This document shows, piece after piece, positions 34,369 to 44,473 of a DNA stretch of 64,000 nt. How positions within the stretch are numbered: the first letter of the stretch is position 1; every line of letters starts with the position of its first letter. Origin of the DNA: a virus. A program made the position numbers and the translations under genes. Location: positions 1 through 64,000 of the IMG/VR virus record IMGVR_UViG_3300032213_001373; one strand, given 5' to 3'. The notes under the pieces are model-generated. The model did no database searches, was not told where the DNA came from, and worked only from the letters and a program-made list of their open reading frames with translations.

Positions 34369-35748
34369 TTATTTACGTTTTGTAGACCTCGCCGTAGGTA
34401 TGCCAGGCTGCATTAGATTAGATATCCTAGCAGACTCGGCAGCATCGTCGAACGCGGCCCTACGCTTAGGTAGAGGGCCGATATCTCCAATCTGGTCAGC
34501 CATATATTGAAACACATTAAGGGGATCTGAAGAACCTGCACCTAGTCGAGAAGTGCGTAGAGCATTGTGAGCAACAGTGAGCTTGGTCATAGCCTCTACG
34601 CTTCCTCCCTCTACGTCCGGGTGTGCTGTCTTTGCCAGTGTTCTGAAAGAATCATGAATTTCATCCCAAGAAGCGCCAGGCTTGACACCCAAAGTATCAT
34701 AATGTTCTTTGAGAGATGGGGAGCCCGCTGTATCCACTTCAAACTTTTTAACATCATCTTGGGTCATAGTTTCGGCACGATCACGAACTACATCTTCTGC
34801 AGCTTGTTTAAATCTGCTCTTAGTTTGAACAGGTTCTGGGATAACACTTGCCGAGCCGGTAATTCTCTTGTGATGTTGGATAGCAGGAACTAATAAACTT
34901 TTAGCTTCTGTCTCAGATAGACCTAGTTCTTTGGACTTAGTTAAATAAACAGCCTTGTTTGGCTCTGAACCACCAATGCCCATAGCATGCACCAACGCCT
35001 GATGTGCTAGGTGAACTCTTGTTTTACCGCCGCTCTGTCTAGCCTGTTGCACTACAGCTTCAATATTGTTTTCTGGGGTAGCGCCTTCGGTAAGACCGCT
35101 AACATCCCACCAGTTTTCTCCTTCAGTCTGTGGTTTAGGTGCTCTACCTGGACCATGAAGGGTTTTCTTACGTGCAGACCAATTCTCTGCACCAAGATCA
35201 TGTGCTAACTTTTCATCTCTAAACTCAGCCATCTTTTTTTGCTTGGCTTTATGAATTCTATAGTCTAGTGGGTGTCCTTCAGCTATTGGGTAATGAGTAT
35301 AGTTTTCTCCACCACCAAAGGTTTCATAAGGAGCGGTCTGCTCTTGTGTAGGATTTAATCTACCCTCACGAAGATACTTTTCTAAGTGGTGTCCGCATAC
35401 AGGTTTGTGAGTATGTTCACCTGGAAGTTTAATAAATGATGTTGCGTTTCCTCTGTGACGGGTGCCTGGAGCTTCACAAGCTAAAGGTCGACTGCTGCTA
35501 GGATTATTCTTAAACAGTGTCTCAATGTAGTTAAAACCCTCATGAGTTAAATCTCCGGTGTACGGATCTTCTTGAGTAGATTCTTGAAAAAGAACTCTAG
35601 GTTTACCATTCTCGTGGGTACGAGAAGAAAAACCTTCAACTTCAGATAAGCCAGATTCTCGTGCTTCTCTTGAATCTGGGAGTTGTTGCTGAGAAACCTC
35701 ATCAAACTGGTTTTCTGGGGGCGTTACAGGCGATATGTCCTTAGCCAT
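34369..35748 (-). CDS. Protein with C-terminal DnaJ (J) domain
   Basis: HYDTLGVKPGASWDEIHDSFRTLAKTAHPDVEGGSVEAMTKLTVAHNAL with intact HPD. Confidence 0.85.
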   Translation of the reverse strand: MAKDISPVTPPENQFDEVSQQQLPDSREARESGLSEVEGFSSRTHENGKPRVLFQESTQEDPYTGDLTHEGFNYIETLFKNNPSSSRPLACEAPGTRHRGNATSFIKLPGEHTHKPVCGHHLEKYLREGRLNPTQEQTAPYETFGGGENYTHYPIAEGHPLDYRIHKAKQKKMAEFRDEKLAHDLGAENWSARKKTLHGPGRAPKPQTEGENWWDVSGLTEGATPENNIEAVVQQARQSGGKTRVHLAHQALVHAMGIGGSEPNKAVYLTKSKELGLSETEAKSLLVPAIQHHKRITGSASVIPEPVQTKSRFKQAAEDVVRDRAETMTQDDVKKFEVDTAGSPSLKEHYDTLGVKPGASWDEIHDSFRTLAKTAHPDVEGGSVEAMTKLTVAHNALRTSRLGAGSSDPLNVFQYMADQIGDIGPLPKRRAAFDDAAESARISNLMQPGIPTARSTKRK

Positions 35749-35754
35749 AAGGAC

Positions 35755-35982
35755 CTACTTTTTTCTAGAGTCGCGGGTTAACTTAGAAGCATTCTCTCTA
35801 AGAGCAGCGTTATCACGGATACCCATAACTCCGGTAGTATCGCTGTCATCTACTGCATAATCTGGGTGGTCTTTAGGTAGCGCAGCACGGCGTTCAATAT
35901 CTGCAGTAATTTCTGCTGCTAAATCTCTCTTAGGTGCTGCAAATGACGGGCGATTACGATCACGGCGTGGAACATTATTCAT
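35755..35982 (-). CDS. Hypothetical protein
   Basis: 75 aa, coupled run. Confidence 0.65.
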   Translation of the reverse strand: MNNVPRRDRNRPSFAAPKRDLAAEITADIERRAALPKDHPDYAVDDSDTTGVMGIRDNAALRENASKLTRDSRKK

Positions 35983-36358
35983 CTCGTTCTCCCATCATTC
36001 TTTTAGCATCTCGTTCTTCTTTAAACTTACCCATAGAAATAACCTTAGCATCTGGCGCTCCATCGGAGATACCATCGTGCAAATGTCCTGTTCTATCTTT
36101 TTCCATCAAAGAATCCAAATGTTCTTGAAATCTTGCTGCCCTCTCTGGGGGCATAGTCTCTACAAAGGGATCATCTTCGTATTCGTTGTCGCTCTGCTTG
36201 TAAGTTACTTGCTCTGGACCAAATACATGATCCATAATACTATTTTTGAACACACGTAAACGGCGCATACCCATTCCAGGTAACTGCGCTACGTTATCGT
36301 CAGGCTTTAATCCCCTATGTGCAGGATGATTTGGGCCTGGTGTGCCCATATCGTCCAT
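35975..36358 (-). CDS. Hypothetical protein
   Basis: 127 aa. Confidence 0.7.
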   Translation of the reverse strand: MDDMGTPGPNHPAHRGLKPDDNVAQLPGMGMRRLRVFKNSIMDHVFGPEQVTYKQSDNEYEDDPFVETMPPERAARFQEHLDSLMEKDRTGHLHDGISDGAPDAKVISMGKFKEERDAKRMMGERDE

Positions 36359-36360
36359 AA

Positions 36361-36639
36361 TTAGTAATTAGCACCCATCTGATTATTGTAAGTGTCAGCT
36401 ACGTTTCCTGACATCTTTGGTGCAGTATCGCCAGACTTACCCAATGGATTTACCTTTGATGGTGCCTCTTGATCAATAAAGTCATAGTTCCAGTAAGGGT
36501 TGAGTGCGGAACGGTTAGCCTTCATGATGTCTTCGCCAGTTCCTGGAGCAACAGTAGTATTAGGACGCACCTTGCGGTACTTACCATCAGTTGCACCATC
36601 AACTAGGCTTGCGTTCAATGAACGTGATTCGTTTTTCAT
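36361..36639 (-). CDS. Hypothetical protein
   Basis: 92 aa, AAAGGA RBS. Confidence 0.75.
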   Translation of the reverse strand: MKNESRSLNASLVDGATDGKYRKVRPNTTVAPGTGEDIMKANRSALNPYWNYDFIDQEAPSKVNPLGKSGDTAPKMSGNVADTYNNQMGANY

Positions 36640-36654
36640 TATTTATTTCCTTTG

Positions 36655-36837
36655 TTAATAACGACTTGGATTACTGTCGATTATATTGATAGTTTTTCCA
36701 TCTCTATCTTCTTCAGTAATATGTCCCCGGAAAATGTCTGGGTTTTTAATTGAAGCCTTACCAAACGCATCCATAGTAGACTCATGGGTACGGATAGATT
36801 TAGCTACACGTCTTGCATCTCTAGCTCTGTCAAACAT
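36655..36837 (-). CDS. Hypothetical protein
   Basis: 60 aa. Confidence 0.65.
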   Translation of the reverse strand: MFDRARDARRVAKSIRTHESTMDAFGKASIKNPDIFRGHITEEDRDGKTINIIDSNPSRY

Positions 36838-36838
36838 T

Positions 36839-37114
36839 TTAATCGTCGCCTGTCATAAGTCGATATTTGTGCGGATCATATTCAGCTGCGCGTTGTGGAG
36901 TTGTATTATTTGAAGAATCTACGGATGCAGGTCCTACAGGTCTAAATGGTTTCTTACGATCCATCAATTCTTGATTGCTGGGAGAACCTTTTGTATCTGT
37001 TGGGGTACCCCACTCAACCGTTCTTTGTGGCGCCGTCCACTCAGAAGGGCTCCACTCTCCGGCACGTGAAGCTTTTACAGCTTTACGGGCACGGACATAA
37101 TTTAATAGTCCCAT
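36839..37114 (-). CDS. Hypothetical protein
   Basis: 91 aa. Confidence 0.65.
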   Translation of the reverse strand: MGLLNYVRARKAVKASRAGEWSPSEWTAPQRTVEWGTPTDTKGSPSNQELMDRKKPFRPVGPASVDSSNNTTPQRAAEYDPHKYRLMTGDD

Positions 37115-37254
37115 TATTTCTTCTTCGCTTTCTTCTTTTCCTTTTCCTTCTCCACGTCAGCCTTGGTCTTTACCTTTAGGGGTACGACTTTAGCCTTCTT
37201 CAAAGGATGGTCTACGGGTACAGTATCCTGCTTTTTTTTCAGTTTGTCAGCCAT
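37114..37254 (-). CDS. 46-aa Lys-rich microprotein
   Basis: Hand-read MADKLKKKQDTVPVDHPLKKAKVVPLKVKTK... Confidence 0.55.
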   Translation of the reverse strand: MADKLKKKQDTVPVDHPLKKAKVVPLKVKTKADVEKEKEKKKAKKK

Positions 37255-37438
37255 TGCGTTGCTTTCTTATCCTAGGACGAATTACCTTCTTAGTTCTTGC
37301 TTTGAATTTGGGACTGTTCTTGCGTCGTTGAATAGCCTCTGGGGTGCCGGGATTCAAAGAACTAGCCTGCTGGCTGGTCCAACGTCCTGAGGGTTTCTTT
37401 TCCCAGCTAGAACCTACGGACATATGTTTAATCGCCAC
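37247..37438 (-). CDS. Small basic hypothetical protein
   Basis: 63 aa. Confidence 0.6.
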   Translation of the reverse strand: MAIKHMSVGSSWEKKPSGRWTSQQASSLNPGTPEAIQRRKNSPKFKARTKKVIRPRIRKQRNG

Positions 37439-37598
37439 TCATTGCCCCCTTTACGTGAGCTCCATGCTTAAGATTGCGACAGGTGGGGCACATAGTCCCA
37501 CCGGTATACATAGCCTCAACTGGGGTCATAAATAGGCCACACTTAGGGCACATCACGCTACCGTCATAGATAGTTTCAGTTGAGACTTCTTCGATCAT
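37428..37598 (-). CDS. 56-aa zinc-ribbon microprotein
   Basis: Hand-read ...MCPKCG...MCPTCRN... Confidence 0.65.
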   Translation of the reverse strand: MIEEVSTETIYDGSVMCPKCGLFMTPVEAMYTGGTMCPTCRNLKHGAHVKGAMSGD

Positions 37599-37852
37599 TT
37601 GAACATAGCCTCCAGCTGATCTACCTGGTGAAGGCCGGAGATTCGTTCTCCCGGCTTTTCATCATTAAAGACAATAAAGGTTGGGAACCCATCAATTTGG
37701 TTGTGCTCAACCGCATCTTTGTTCTCTGATTCCAAAATCTTTACGACGTTAACGTTAGGATTTTTAGAAATAAATTCTTCTAGAATGGGACCCTGCTGCT
37801 TGCAGTAGGTGCACCAATCTGCGTAAAAATACCAAATCTCTTTCATTACCAC
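37595..37852 (-). CDS. Thioredoxin
   Basis: FYADWCTYC, I.GFPTF. Confidence 0.9.
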   Translation of the reverse strand: MVMKEIWYFYADWCTYCKQQGPILEEFISKNPNVNVVKILESENKDAVEHNQIDGFPTFIVFNDEKPGERISGLHQVDQLEAMFK

Positions 37853-38193
37853 ACCGATTCACTAATATTGCGGGCAGTTCCAGAATAGGAACCATTGGAC
37901 TGAGTATAGTCGGTTCTTTCTGGTTGGAATTCCGCGTTGACGTTCATAACGTCTGTGATAGTCAACTGACGAGTACGGTAGCCAAAACGAGGTCTGAAAA
38001 GTTGAACCTGCGGTAGTGGTGGGCGAACTATGTCCTGCACCATACTGGCCGGTAGGGTAACTGAGCGTACAGCTCTAGTAATTAAAGCTTCTTGTTCGTT
38101 CTCGAACGGCCCCATGTAGTCGTACCGGATCTGCGGACCGTTATCAACGATCTCTCTAGGCTTACTATGATCATAGACTCCATCTTGCATCAT
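37846..38193 (-). CDS. Hypothetical protein
   Basis: 115 aa. Confidence 0.7.
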   Translation of the reverse strand: MMQDGVYDHSKPREIVDNGPQIRYDYMGPFENEQEALITRAVRSVTLPASMVQDIVRPPLPQVQLFRPRFGYRTRQLTITDVMNVNAEFQPERTDYTQSNGSYSGTARNISESVW

Positions 38194-38903
38194 AGGCCGG
38201 TACGCTTCCAGAAGTCTTCGTCAGTGTGTCCAATAGGACGTCCTGAACCAGAACGAAGTGCATCCATAATATTAGATGTGTGCATTCCAACTTCAAAATG
38301 TTGGTCACGAGTTAAGTCTGGTGGAGTTAGATCTTCAGTAACTCTTCGACCAGATTTAAAGTGAATTAAACGATCTTTGAGAGTTGGATGATGGGGGTCA
38401 TTTCCGAGTGTTCTGATTTCTTCCCCGGCTCTTTTACGAAGCGTTATTTCTCCACGCATTTTTTCTAAGTTTGCTGATGCAGTTGGTCCAGCAAGATGTC
38501 CTTGATCATTTAAGAAATCAACAACTTCACTGTGTTTAAACCATGTGCGTGTACCACGTTGAAGTGAATCTACGTCCATTGGGTCTGTACCCTCTGTTCT
38601 GCGACCCATACCCTTTTGTTCTACATAGTGTGGAATTTCTCGTGTGTGAGTCCAACGTTTTACAGAATCTGGGTGTACGCCATATAACGAAGAAATCTCA
38701 TGCATCTGTAGATATGGCAAACCTTCCTCATCAACTGGGGTTGGCTTAGCTGTTGATTGGCGTACATAGTTAGTACCCATCAATTCGCTATATCTAGACT
38801 CATTAAGAGGTTTAGCAGAGGTTAATCCGGCCACTGGTTCGAACTTTTCGACCTTGGGGGTATTTTCTGATTTGGCTTTTGGTAGGTTCTTTTTCTTAGC
38901 CAT
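38190..38903 (-). CDS. Protein with excisionase/MerR-like HTH
   Basis: YLQMHEISSLYGVHPDSVKRW...IP ... WF..SEV..FL. Confidence 0.65.
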   Translation of the reverse strand: MAKKKNLPKAKSENTPKVEKFEPVAGLTSAKPLNESRYSELMGTNYVRQSTAKPTPVDEEGLPYLQMHEISSLYGVHPDSVKRWTHTREIPHYVEQKGMGRRTEGTDPMDVDSLQRGTRTWFKHSEVVDFLNDQGHLAGPTASANLEKMRGEITLRKRAGEEIRTLGNDPHHPTLKDRLIHFKSGRRVTEDLTPPDLTRDQHFEVGMHTSNIMDALRSGSGRPIGHTDEDFWKRTGL

Positions 38904-39446
38904 TTAGTTCCACCGTGGTCTCAAGTGTGTGAAGTTGTGAGCAACTCTAGGGTTAAATTCAATAGGCACAGTAGCAGAGATGTTTGCCTTACCATCATTA
39001 ACTAGGTGAGGTGGTGGGGCAAGCGTTGCTTTAGGAGCATTGCGCTTTACATTCATAATTAAGCTACCACCATTGTCTGCTGGGGTAACTCTAGCCTTCA
39101 AGCGACGATCAGGCTGCAAACCTTCCGGCCACATATACTGACCTGGATCAATGCGCTCGCCTTTGTGTACACCACGTTGGTAGCCGCGTTGGTTTTGTCT
39201 AGCCTTTAAAGAATCAAGAACAGAGTCTGAGACTGCATATGGTTTACCTTTATCGTCACGACGTGAACGAATGGTTCCTAAGTAACCGTCTGGATATTCT
39301 GCTGAAGGAGTTCTGCCAACACCAAGACGTAAGAAATCCATGGAACTGCGTGGAACGATAGGCGTACCTCCACCACCTGTGGTGGTGTATGCGCCAACGT
39401 ATCCACTAGCACCTAGATACTGCCAGTTCTGGTGTGAGGATGGCAT
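38904..39446 (-). CDS. Hypothetical protein
   Basis: 180 aa; EYPDGYLGTIRSRR.D, YQRGVHKGERID. Confidence 0.8.
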   Translation of the reverse strand: MPSSHQNWQYLGASGYVGAYTTTGGGGTPIVPRSSMDFLRLGVGRTPSAEYPDGYLGTIRSRRDDKGKPYAVSDSVLDSLKARQNQRGYQRGVHKGERIDPGQYMWPEGLQPDRRLKARVTPADNGGSLIMNVKRNAPKATLAPPPHLVNDGKANISATVPIEFNPRVAHNFTHLRPRWN

Positions 39447-39718
39447 TACTTCTCCTCGTCTACGACAACTTCTTCTTTAACTTCTTCTACAGGAGCTTCT
39501 TCAACTGCTGCTGCTTTTTTCTTTACTTGCTTTTTAACCTCTGGTTGAGGAGCAGGCTCTTCGATAGGGGCTTTGAATACTTCGACTTCAAAAACTTTGG
39601 TTCCAAGATCCCGTGAAAGTTTGATGAACCACGGTAAGTGAGCAGCACAATATAACTGAGAACGAGCTTTATCTTTAAGCTCATACTTTGCCAACTCTCC
39701 ACAGTTATCGCAGGTCAT
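39446..39718 (-). CDS. Hypothetical protein (CxxC...CxxH)
   Basis: 90 aa. Confidence 0.7.
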   Translation of the reverse strand: MTCDNCGELAKYELKDKARSQLYCAAHLPWFIKLSRDLGTKVFEVEVFKAPIEEPAPQPEVKKQVKKKAAAVEEAPVEEVKEEVVVDEEK

Positions 39719-39987
39719 GGTTTCTTCTTTGCAGCTTTCTTAACTTTCTTGTTTGACTCTTCAACAATAGCAGCTAATTGCTTTTCAATCTCAGGAAGAA
39801 CAGCCTTCACAATACCGAATGCTGGATCTTTTGGATTTACTGCACGAGCAGCTACTGGAAGAACGGCTGCTAATCCTGCAGCAACAAGTCCTGTAATATC
39901 ATGGTTGCCGGTCATCCATACTGCGGTAGCAGCTGCCACAAAAGAGCGGCCATAGGAGGCGAGCATTGCCTTTAGTTTTGCGTCCAT
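39715..39987 (-). CDS. Holin-like membrane protein
   Basis: SYGRSF.AA, two hydrophobic segments, NPKDPAFG, basic C-terminus. Confidence 0.65.
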   Translation of the reverse strand: MDAKLKAMLASYGRSFVAAATAVWMTGNHDITGLVAAGLAAVLPVAARAVNPKDPAFGIVKAVLPEIEKQLAAIVEESNKKVKKAAKKKP

Positions 39988-40050
39988 TTTATTTCCTTTC
40001 TAGGTGGTCCTAGGATATCTATGGTGCCCTAAAAAGGGTGTAACGTCAGG

Positions 40051-40299
40051 TTAATCCTTGTTTTCTTTGATGTGCTGGTCCAAACGGCCCTTCATTTCGG
40101 ACACTTCGCTGCGGATTTCGCCCAAGATCGGGAGGATCTCTAGACGAATCTTATCGGCTAAGCTGTTGCCACCATTGGGCTTCAATTCACTTAAGTATTC
40201 TTTGATTAGGTACTCGTTAAACTTTCTAAGCGCTACAAACAACGATGTTGAAATCGCAATAATTCCGGAGATAACTCCAACCCAATCAAGCAGTGACAT
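40051..40299 (-). CDS. Single-pass membrane protein
   Basis: ATG 40299 after GGAG; TM then ELKPNGG.SL.D coiled coil. Confidence 0.7.
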   Translation of the reverse strand: MSLLDWVGVISGIIAISTSLFVALRKFNEYLIKEYLSELKPNGGNSLADKIRLEILPILGEIRSEVSEMKGRLDQHIKENKD

Positions 40300-40395
40300 A
40301 TTGTCTCCCAAGGTGTATTTAATTGTATGCAAACTATGATGCATGAAACACAGTGTGTCATGTTAAACTCTGTACATAGTTAGAAGGAGATAATC

Positions 40396-43212
40396 ATAAA
40401 CCCACTGCGTATATTCGCAGCACTATCTGTATTACTAAATAGGATTAATTTCGTAATTGGAGCGGGTTTTATATACCTGCTGTTAACACTTTCCCCAGCT
40501 CAGGCTGATGAACCTAGTCCCTCCACAGGGTCTGAGACCTCAACTGTTCTAGTTGGTACTCCAACTCAAGAACCCGCGCCTGCAACTTCGGGCCCTCAAA
40601 CTTCCAGTACGACAAATTCTGCTGAGGTAACTCAGACATCAACGAGTCAACCTTCTTCGACGCCCACAAACGGTTCTTCTCAGCCCAGCGATCCAAGTCC
40701 AGCTGCTGCGCCCGAATCTTCGACTCAGCACACTTCAACTGAACCGACAACTTCAACACCTTCCCCTTCTCCGGCTGATACCACTGGATCAACGACACCA
40801 AGTAGCCAAGAACAAACGCCACCAACAACAGTAGAGACTCCAACTGTAACCTCCGTTCAGACAAAAATAGAGAACGCAACTGTAACATTAAATACGGCTG
40901 TAGCTACAGCTTCTCCTGAACAAATTTCTGCGGCTACAGAACCTGTTGCTGCGGCTCAAACAGCTATTGCAGCCGCTGATTCAGCCACCGCGGTTGCTGT
41001 AACAGCCCAAGCAGCGGTAGATTCTCAGACAGCCGTGGTAGCAACTGCTACTACAAATGTAGCAACCGCCCAAGCAGATTTAACAACGGCTACTACTAAT
41101 CTAACAACAGCTCAAGCTGATTTAACAACAGCTCAAACCACCCTTACTAACGCCCCTGTAGTTGAGACAACCGCCCCAGGACTTGTTGTAAAAGTCTACA
41201 ACGTTCAAGGTCAAAACCAAGCTCCAGTACTGCCACAAGGGGCAACACCTATCCATACAGCAGTTGACACTAACGGCATCAATGAAAACTGGGGAAGCGG
41301 TAACGTAGCTGGCTCTAATCGTTCAGAGGATGTAATTGTTACCTATGAAGGACAAGTTACTGCACCAGAGGGCGTAAACACCATTCGGTTCTTAACACTT
41401 TCAGATGATGGCGCCAGGATATTTATTGATAACGTATTAGTTGTAAACCAGTGGGTAGACCAAGGACCTACCTGGAGCCTTCCAAGTCAGTGGATTGATT
41501 TCACTAACGACAGAACTAAGGATATTGCCGTTTGGTATTATGAAAATGGTGGCGGTGCAACCCTTCATCTAGGTTGGCAACACAGCGGTATTCATACAGG
41601 TGTGGGTGCTCAGTATCTATCACATACAACAACTACTCAAGACCCTACGTTAGTAACGGCGGTCACTACCGCACAATCTACTGTTACAGATAAAACGGAA
41701 GTGAAGCAAGTAGCAGAGACAACGCTTGCAACAGCTCAGACCACACTAACAACAGAAACTGGGACATTAACAACCCTCCAATCAACAGCTAGTACAGCAC
41801 TTGCAACAGCTAACGCTCTAGCAGATACAGCTACAGCTACGGTTGCCACTGCCGTTACAGTTCTTCAAACTCCGATTCCTCAGCCGACTCCAACACCTGA
41901 GCCAACTCCCGCACCGCAGCCAGAGCCAACACCAACCCCACAACCAGAGCCGACACCAACCCCAACACCACAACCCGAACCTTCACCTGAACCTACCCCC
42001 GTTCCTGTCGATCCAACACCCACACCAGTAGCGCCACAACCAGTGGAACCAACACCAACGCCAACTCCAACACCTGAACCTCCTACAGTTCCGTCAGTGG
42101 ACCCTGTCCCCACAAATCCTGACCCGGTTCCAACACCTCAACCTGAGCCTCAACCTCAACCAACCTCTCCTGAGCCCGAAACGACACCAGAGGTAGACAC
42201 TCCAGAGCCTCAACCAGAGCCTTCTCCAGAGGAAACACAAAATCCGGAAGAGCCTGAGTCTCCTGAAGAGAACATTCCTTCAGACACTGAAGACGGTTCA
42301 GACAGTCCTGAAGATCTTCCCGAAGACGATACTGATCCCACCACAGAGTCACCTACTGAGCCCTCCACAGAAGAGCCAGAGACACCCACAGAACCATCAA
42401 CAGGTACGGAAGAGCCCGAAGAACAACCCGTAGAGCCTGAGGTGCCGTCTGAGGAAGTCGATACACCTGAGGAACCAGAAACACAACCAGAGATACCAGA
42501 GCAAGAGCAAGAAAATCCGTCCACAGAACCATTAGAACCTCCTATTGAAGAAACAACTCCAGAGCCTACCACACCTGAAGAGGAGGTAGCGTCTGCTGTA
42601 GAGGACGTCCTATCTGACGGCAAGCTAACTGCTGCTGATGCTGAAGAAGTTATGGACGCTCTAAACGCAGATGGAAAAGTCACTGCTGAGGAAGTCACTG
42701 CCCTAGTTGATGCCCTAAAGGAAGACGGCAAGCTTAGTGCTGCTGAGAAGGAACTTGTTGCTACTGCTCTTATTGAGTCTGTAGCCCCAGGTGAAACCCT
42801 CACAAAAGAACAGATTCAAGATGCCGGAATTGCTTATCAAGACCTGCCACCAGAGACTCCTGTTGAGGTTAGACAGGATGAAAACGGTAATGAAGTTATA
42901 ATTACAGCAGACGTTGCCGCAGCCCTTGTGCTACTTGAGAACCCTGCGGAATTAATCGGTGAATTATTCAATGACCCAGGTCAAGCCCTCCAAGCACTCG
43001 GAAGTATCGGTGCGGACATGAGCCCAGAAGAACGTGAAGAAGCAACAGAAATGGTAGTTGCTGCCGTTGTGGCTGCAGGCGCTGCTATAAATGCAGTTGG
43101 TGCAGCAACAGGAAGCACTGGTGGAAGCACTGGTGGTTCTGGTGGCGGAGGCAGTTCTGGTGGCGGAGGTCCATCAGGAGATTCTAAAGGCGTTAGGAGA
43201 CGTAAACCTTGA
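40396..43212 (+). CDS. 938-aa exported PA14-domain protein with Pro/Thr/Glu-rich stalk (non-canonical start)
   Basis: Frame open from 40384 with no ATG/GTG/TTG until 41035; AGAAGGAG RBS 6 nt before ATA 40396; signal peptide ending AQA; PA14 motif SDDG.R.FID...W....[11 protein letters not shown]. Confidence 0.8.
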   Translation: MNPLRIFAALSVLLNRINFVIGAGFIYLLLTLSPAQADEPSPSTGSETSTVLVGTPTQEPAPATSGPQTSSTTNSAEVTQTSTSQPSSTPTNGSSQPSDPSPAAAPESSTQHTSTEPTTSTPSPSPADTTGSTTPSSQEQTPPTTVETPTVTSVQTKIENATVTLNTAVATASPEQISAATEPVAAAQTAIAAADSATAVAVTAQAAVDSQTAVVATATTNVATAQADLTTATTNLTTAQADLTTAQTTLTNAPVVETTAPGLVVKVYNVQGQNQAPVLPQGATPIHTAVDTNGINENWGSGNVAGSNRSEDVIVTYEGQVTAPEGVNTIRFLTLSDDGARIFIDNVLVVNQWVDQGPTWSLPSQWIDFTNDRTKDIAVWYYENGGGATLHLGWQHSGIHTGVGAQYLSHTTTTQDPTLVTAVTTAQSTVTDKTEVKQVAETTLATAQTTLTTETGTLTTLQSTASTALATANALADTATATVATAVTVLQTPIPQPTPTPEPTPAPQPEPTPTPQPEPTPTPTPQPEPSPEPTPVPVDPTPTPVAPQPVEPTPTPTPTPEPPTVPSVDPVPTNPDPVPTPQPEPQPQPTSPEPETTPEVDTPEPQPEPSPEETQNPEEPESPEENIPSDTEDGSDSPEDLPEDDTDPTTESPTEPSTEEPETPTEPSTGTEEPEEQPVEPEVPSEEVDTPEEPETQPEIPEQEQENPSTEPLEPPIEETTPEPTTPEEEVASAVEDVLSDGKLTAADAEEVMDALNADGKVTAEEVTALVDALKEDGKLSAAEKELVATALIESVAPGETLTKEQIQDAGIAYQDLPPETPVEVRQDENGNEVIITADVAAALVLLENPAELIGELFNDPGQALQALGSIGADMSPEEREEATEMVVAAVVAAGAAINAVGAATGSTGGSTGGSGGGGSSGGGGPSGDSKGVRRRKP

Positions 43213-43379
43213 AGATTATTAGAGACATGATCGACCAACTATGGACATTGTTAGGCATGTTTATCGCCTGGGTTGTCCTCGATGGATCTGCAAAGACTGT
43301 AGTTGGTTATGCCATTGTTGGAACAATATTTGCATGGGCCGTTACCTATCCACTTCGTAACCCAAAGGATGAGGAATGA
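43209..43379 (+). CDS. 56-aa two-TM membrane protein
   Basis: Hand-read (M)[55 protein letters not shown]; coupled on both sides. Confidence 0.75.
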   Translation: MKIIRDMIDQLWTLLGMFIAWVVLDGSAKTVVGYAIVGTIFAWAVTYPLRNPKDEE

Positions 43380-43777
43380 AATCAATAGGAAACATTATTT
43401 TAAGAATCGTAGCTACTTTTGCAGCTAGCGGTTTGTCAGTAATTGGTGCTGGAGCTATTGCAGGAGTTGACACAATCACTGCAGTAACTGTAGCTGGTCT
43501 TACAGCTGTTGCAGCAGTAGTTGAAAAACTTGCCCGCGGCTTTATGAATGACGGTAAATTAGATCTAGAAGAGATCAACGCTGCATTTGCTGCGGTAGAT
43601 ACTAAAGCCAAGAGTGAACACGATCTCAAGGTAGAAGCTAAGCAAAATGGAACAGACATCACCATCAGTGCAGCAGGTGCAGTAACTTATGCAGCAGTTG
43701 CAGCTGGAAAGCCTGAGGGAGAAGTTCCTGCAGAGCAGCCAGTTGATGAGGACTGGGCAAAAGAGGAGAACAACTAA
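43376..43777 (+). CDS. Membrane protein (holin-like)
   Basis: Two hydrophobic segments then DGKLDLEEIN. Confidence 0.7.
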   Translation: MKSIGNIILRIVATFAASGLSVIGAGAIAGVDTITAVTVAGLTAVAAVVEKLARGFMNDGKLDLEEINAAFAAVDTKAKSEHDLKVEAKQNGTDITISAAGAVTYAAVAAGKPEGEVPAEQPVDEDWAKEENN

Positions 43778-44346
43778 TGGCAGATCATGGCACAGCAGCT
43801 AAGCTTATTGAAGTTGCTACAGCAGAACTAGGAACCATTGAAGGTCCTAAGGATAATGAGACAAAGTACGGCGCTTATACCAAGGCCAACTTCCAGCCAT
43901 GGTGTGGTTCATTTGTTAACTGGTGCGCTAACGAGGCTGGTGTAAAGGTACCTAATACTGTATACACCCCTGGTGGAGCAGCAGCATTTAAGAAGGCTAG
44001 TTCATGGATTGATGGAGACATCGCAGATCCAGAACCAGGAGATATTGCGTATTTTGATTTCCCATCAGACGGCGTCGATAGAATTTCTCACGTAGGAATT
44101 GTTATCAAGGACAACGGAGATGGAACTGTTTGGTGCATTGAGGGTAATACATCCCCTGATGAAAAGGGCAGCCAGCGCAATGGTGGTCAAGTTTCTAAGA
44201 AGCTTCGTGCTTTTAAGAAGAACCCAAAGAAAGTACAGATTTCTATCGTGGGATTTGGACGCCCTAAGTTTAAGGGTGCTCCTAAGGCTACTGCTCCGGC
44301 AGAATCGACCCCGGGGGTTTGTTCCTGCTGCGGTCGTCAGCTCTAA
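43777..44346 (+). CDS. CHAP-domain amidase / endolysin
   Basis: PWCGSFV.W, PGDI.YF, SHVGIV, IEGNT, GFGRP. Confidence 0.9.
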   Translation: MADHGTAAKLIEVATAELGTIEGPKDNETKYGAYTKANFQPWCGSFVNWCANEAGVKVPNTVYTPGGAAAFKKASSWIDGDIADPEPGDIAYFDFPSDGVDRISHVGIVIKDNGDGTVWCIEGNTSPDEKGSQRNGGQVSKKLRAFKKNPKKVQISIVGFGRPKFKGAPKATAPAESTPGVCSCCGRQL

Positions 44347-44437
44347 TGTATTACTTAACTCACGTAACTTTTCAAGGAGTATTTTTAGTTACACTAATAC
44401 TCACTGTAGTACTTGGGGATTGGTGGGCAAACAGATA

Positions 44438-44472
44438 ATAAAAAACCCCCGGTTAATAGCCGGGGGTTTTTT
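44438..44472. terminator. Bidirectional intrinsic terminator
   Basis: AAAAAAACCCCCGG-TTAATAG-CCGGGGGTTTTTT. Confidence 0.88.
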
Positions 44473-44473
44473 G

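Noticed and set aside
41870-42590. Tandem CCAACACC/CCAGAG-like repeats resembling an array
   Set aside because: They are degenerate codon-level PT/PE repeats inside the PA14 protein, with no constant repeat-spacer period, so not CRISPR.
42210-42803. 197-aa Ser/Gly-rich minus-strand ORF (also 40514-40888)
   Set aside because: Shadow frames of the low-complexity + strand gene.
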